From Campylobacteraceae bacterium (GTDB taxonomy: Bacteria; Campylobacterota; Campylobacteria; Campylobacterales; Sulfurovaceae), in NCBI GenBank assembly GCA_027035765.1, contig JALVUD010000019.1, positions 45,757 through 109,756 on the forward strand: a DNA stretch of 64,000 nt, in the 5' to 3' direction. Shown piece after piece: positions 63,274 to 64,000 of this stretch (positions are counted from its first letter, which is position 1; each line of letters starts with the position of its first letter). The notes beneath the pieces were generated by a model, which had not been told where the DNA came from, did no database searches, and saw only the letters and a program-made list of their open reading frames with translations. Both the position numbers and the translations under genes were made by a program.

Positions 63274-63470
63274 ATGGTGAATGGTGAATGGTGAATGGTG
63301 AATGGTTGCGGTTGACGTTGCTTTGCAACGCTTTTGTCAAAAAGGGTTAGAAGGTTAGATGGTGGGAAAGTGGGTAGTATAGGATTTACAATACCTTCCC
63401 ACATTCTCACCAGCGTGAAGCGCGATCCCACCCTCTGACCTCTGTTCAAACGACAAAGAGGGGCGAAGCC
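63274..63470. repeat. ~190-nt composite mosaic element, copy B
   Basis: ATGGTGA x4-5 (63274-63308), hairpin cgttgc-ttt-gcaacg plus ctttt (63316-63335), octamers AGGGTTAG AAGGTTAG ATGGTGGG AAAGTGGG (63343-63374), then ...taccttcccacattctcaccagcgtgaagcgcgatcccaccctctgacctctgttcaaacgac. Collinear with 56385-56575. Confidence 0.9.
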
Positions 63471-63486
63471 CCGTTCAAACGACAAA
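63444..63486. repeat. direct repeat gttcaaacgacaaa x2 flanking hairpin ggggc-gaa-gcccc
   Basis: Read directly. On the minus strand the hairpin is followed by tctttgtcgttt and sits 27 nt after the yebC-family stop, so it may act as that gene's terminator. Confidence 0.8.
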
Positions 63487-63498
63487 TGACGTACCATT

Positions 63499-64000
63499 TT
63501 ACGCCAGATTCGTATAGACCGTCTGGACGTCGTCGTCCTCTTCGAGTTTGTCGATGAGGACGGTGACGTCGTCCATCTGCTCTTCGCTGAGATCCAGGGG
63601 GGTGTTGGGGATGTACTGGAGCTGGGCTTTTTTCACCTCGATGCCGCGCTCCTCGAGGGCTTTGTTGAGCTCACCGAAGGAGCTGTATTCACCGTAGATC
63701 CGGACGATCTCCTTGTCTTCACCATGTTCCTGGGGGACCTTGTCCTCTTCGATCTCCTCCAGGCCGTAGTCGATCAGCTCCAGCTCCAGCTCCTCCAGAT
63801 CCATTTCCGGTTCACGGTCGAACTCGAAGACCGATTTGCGGGTGAACATGAAGTCCAGCGAACCGCTGGTCAGCAGCTCGCCCTTGTTGCGGACCAGCGT
63901 CGCTTTGACATTGGCGACGGTGCGGGTGGGGTTGTCGGTGGCGCACTCGATGATCATCAGCGTCCCGTAGGGGCCCTTGGCCTCGTAGTGCATCTCTTTG
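63499..64000 (-). CDS. YebC/PmpR-family transcriptional regulator (C-terminal two thirds; N-terminus beyond window)
   Basis: ...ECATDNPTRTVANVK...YTNLA is typical of YebC. The reading frame is open to the window end. Confidence 0.85.
   Translation of the reverse strand, partial: KEMHYEAKGPYGTLMIIECATDNPTRTVANVKATLVRNKGELLTSGSLDFMFTRKSVFEFDREPEMDLEELELELIDYGLEEIEEDKVPQEHGEDKEIVRIYGEYSSFGELNKALEERGIEVKKAQLQYIPNTPLDLSEEQMDDVTVLIDKLEEDDDVQTVYTNLA

Overview
GC-rich chromosomal segment. Gene content and local synteny (dimeric dUTPase, dapA next to an SDR reductase, DUF6394 next to a K+ channel, carboxynorspermidine decarboxylase, metG with a C-terminal tRNA-binding domain) look Campylobacterota-like; this is inference only. 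About 65 CDS are supportable, and nearly all are housekeeping. Cell envelope: NlpC/P60, pgsA, a SEDS protein, pgeF, MltD-like, rlpA, kdsC-lptC-lptA, MreD-like plus PBP2, galU. Biosynthesis: dapA, hisB, nspC, chorismate mutase, prs, ubiX. Translation: metG, lepA, engB, truD, ABC-F. Fe-S assembly: sufBCD, sufE, sufT. DNA repair: rmuC, nth-like, dinB, dut. Signalling: a TM-REC-Hpt-like protein, FIST plus PAS-GGDEF-EAL, and an SBP-fused histidine kinase. There are two tRNAs, Pro-CGG and a CAT-anticodon tRNA. I see no CRISPR array, transposase, integrase, prophage or recognisable multi-gene defence system. The large ORFs on the opposite strand of real genes are GC-driven shadow ORFs. The genuinely unusual signal is non-coding. 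Eleven intergenic spacers are built from contiguous, often phase-locked 7-nt micro-arrays (about ten unit families plus one 8-nt family). These are interleaved with small GC palindromes to form mosaic elements, including two copies of a roughly 190-nt composite. Other items of interest: two ~85-nt three-stem REP-like elements at convergent gene ends; a small AT-rich islet of three small ORFs punctuated by TTCCCACCG hairpins; a twin 12-bp palindromic operator-like site upstream of a small ORF translationally coupled to dinB; an orphan nosD-like gene coupled to a GNAT; and a MurF-N-terminal-like protein coupled to metG. All homology statements come from reading the translations by eye. No database search was run.
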